A DNA stretch of 64,000 nt from Flaccisagitta enflata (Eukaryota), in assembly GCA_965153355.1 (NCBI GenBank), contig OZ231126.1, positions 45,942,001 through 46,006,000 of the forward strand, given 5' to 3'. How positions within the stretch are numbered: the first letter of the stretch is position 1; each line of letters begins with the position of its first letter. Of this stretch, positions 62,601 to 64,000 are shown piece after piece. Position numbers and translations under genes: made by a program. The notes below the pieces were generated by a model. That model saw only the letters and a program-made list of their open reading frames with translations, was not told the DNA's origin and ran no database searches.

Positions 62601-63013
62601 CCGCTAAGGTGGTGGAGGATGACGACGATGAGGAGGGTGATGCGGGAAAGGACACAAAACAAGCAAAGAAGAAGTTGGCGGGTCGGCCTTCCAAACCCAG
62701 AACACCAAACAAGGCGACTTCGACTGCTAAACCCCATGGGACCACTGCGACTCCGAATAAATCGTCGGCGAAATCAGCGGTGGGGGAGGGGGGAAGGAAG
62801 CGGGGAGGGAAGTCGGCGAGGGGGGGAAGAGGTGGGAAGAAATCGGCGGCGACCAAATATGAAGAAGACGCTCAGGACTTTATGAAATTTTTTGAAAACG
62901 CGTCCCAAGCATCTCGGTCCAACTCGTCCAACGCGTCCAACTCCTCGGTTTCATTGGCGCCTCCCAATACCACACGAATTAGCTCGTTAAAACCGCCACC
63001 CGTTCCGTTGTAA
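56673..63013 (+). CDS. Uncharacterised multi-exon protein with one C2H2 zinc finger, S/T/N-rich repeats, Pro-rich and basic AT-hook-like/RGG regions. Exons 56673-56849, 57593-57765, 58070-58271, 60483-61490, 62361-63013; tentative acidic exon 56488-56579; start codon not found
   Basis: Five GT-AG bounded exons splice without stops (phases 1,0,1,1; ~737 aa). CDKCLIDFDNAAALQTHFAEH fits C-x2-C-x3-F-x5-L-x2-H-x3-H. The last exon has KKKLAGRPSKPR and GGRKRGGKSARGGRGGKK. Confidence 0.75.
58590..59768 (+). repeat. Two adjacent minisatellites, (GGTCATTTTT)n and (GGTTTAAGTCT[GCT])n
   Basis: Directly visible tandem arrays at ~58590-59090 and ~59125-59768. Confidence 0.95.
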
Positions 63014-63065
63014 ACATATGGTGTTCGTCTTCTTAGCATTCTTATTATTATGCTTTAGCTTTCAG

Positions 63066-63340
63066 ACTTAACAATGATCATATCCGTTAATTTCCGTGGC
63101 CACCAGATGGTGGTTGAACTTTCCTTCCGTGAGCTTGTCTTGATCGGGGCGTATGGTGGCGTTGGATTAGCGTTACATCGGCTTTGGGAACATCCGGGTT
63201 TTAGAGGTTAGATTGCATTTATTAATTGTCTGATTTCACTCCGTTAATGGCTATTGTCGTTGTTTATTCCGCGGCTTTTTAATTTTTTTTCGGTAGCTGC
63301 TGCCGTCAATTTCATCATTCGACGTTTGGACAGCAGATAA
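63066..63340 (+). CDS. Small two-exon ORF or alternative terminal exons (63066-63206, 63297-63340): (D)LTMIISVNFRGHQMVVELSFRELVLIGAYGGVGLALHRLWEHPGFR/AAAVNFIIRRLDSR-stop
   Basis: Acceptor tttcag at 63065, donor GTTAGA at 63207 and acceptor tttttcggtag at 63296. The frame stays open across the junction and is phase-1 compatible with the donor at 61491. Confidence 0.5.
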
Positions 63341-63755
63341 AAGTAACAAGTAGAGAAATCTTACAGATTTAAAAGATATAGGTAGTATACTTTTCATCAT
63401 CTCTTGTTTATTCCTGTTCTCATTCACTGTTGGTTATTGCTAACCAATTAGCAGTTTTTACATAAAACATAGTCAATGATTGCTTGCTTGCTTGCTTGAT
63501 TGTTCTTTGTGCATTAAGAACTGTAAAATGAAATTGTTCGCCAAATGAAAAACTTTGTAGGGACAAAGGGCCTGCCAGCCGAATTGCTCTGTCTGTATCA
63601 TGTATGTATGATTAATATTCGGACAGTATCTTTTTTGGGATGAAGTAAAGTGCTGAACAGTACAATTAATGTGCGCATGTGTGCGACTTTATTGCAAATA
63701 CGTACTGTTCTCTTTCACATGTAAAACTGGAAATAAGGACGATTTGAATCATGGG

Positions 63756-63970
63756 TCAATGGTAGTCATCCAACATACTTGACAGACAAGGAAGAAGTCG
63801 TGGTGGAGATCCAATGAAAAGGTAGTCGTGTTCATGTTGAAATTTGAAATGCCCTGGAAAGCAGGCACATGAATGAAGCCATTTGCTATACATATAAGAA
63901 TGTCGGGATTTCCCACTGGTCCACCGATACTTTATTTGCCGAGAGATTGGCGGCAATGACCCTGATTCCC
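63756..63970 (-). CDS. Putative terminal exon of a convergent gene extending beyond the window (ESGSLPPISRQIKYRW...SMLDDYH-stop)
   Basis: Acceptor catgcag at 63971, 71-codon open frame to TGA, and minus-strand AATAAA at 63688-63693. Product not recognised. Confidence 0.45.
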
Positions 63971-64000
63971 CTGCATGTTTTTGGGTAAAGTTGAGGCAAA

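Overview
Eukaryotic, intron-rich, repeat-saturated genomic DNA from an invertebrate, most likely an arthropod (group 7 allergen-like gene; TATA box plus TCAGT initiator promoter). It is not prokaryotic, and nearly all entries in the ORF track are spurious microsatellite translations. Four spliced genes can be rebuilt by hand from GT-AG sites with consistent phases. (1) The 5' coding exons of an F-BAR protein of the CIP4/FNBP1/Toca-1 type (minus, 4030-5617). (2) A complete 5-exon, 230-aa secreted mite group 7 allergen-like gene (plus, 27609-31590). (3) The last three exons of an F-type lectin (fucolectin) domain gene (minus, 52855-54937). (4) An unrecognised multi-exon gene of at least ~737 aa with a C2H2 finger and AT-hook-like/RGG motifs (plus, ~56488-63013), with a possible alternative hydrophobic C-terminus. 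Gene 4 lies just inside a CACTA/EnSpm-like left terminus at 55731, and a convergent terminal exon sits at the window edge. The rest is mostly repeats: about 20 DINE-1/HINE-like (Helentron-associated) non-autonomous elements with co-varying hairpins, several hAT elements with exact 8-bp TSDs (one carrying a transposase remnant), TA-flanked MITEs, mini- and microsatellites, and a near-identical tandem duplication (36877-47620). Assembly-quality warnings are an embedded Illumina adapter (6020-6052) and apparently error-rich stretches.
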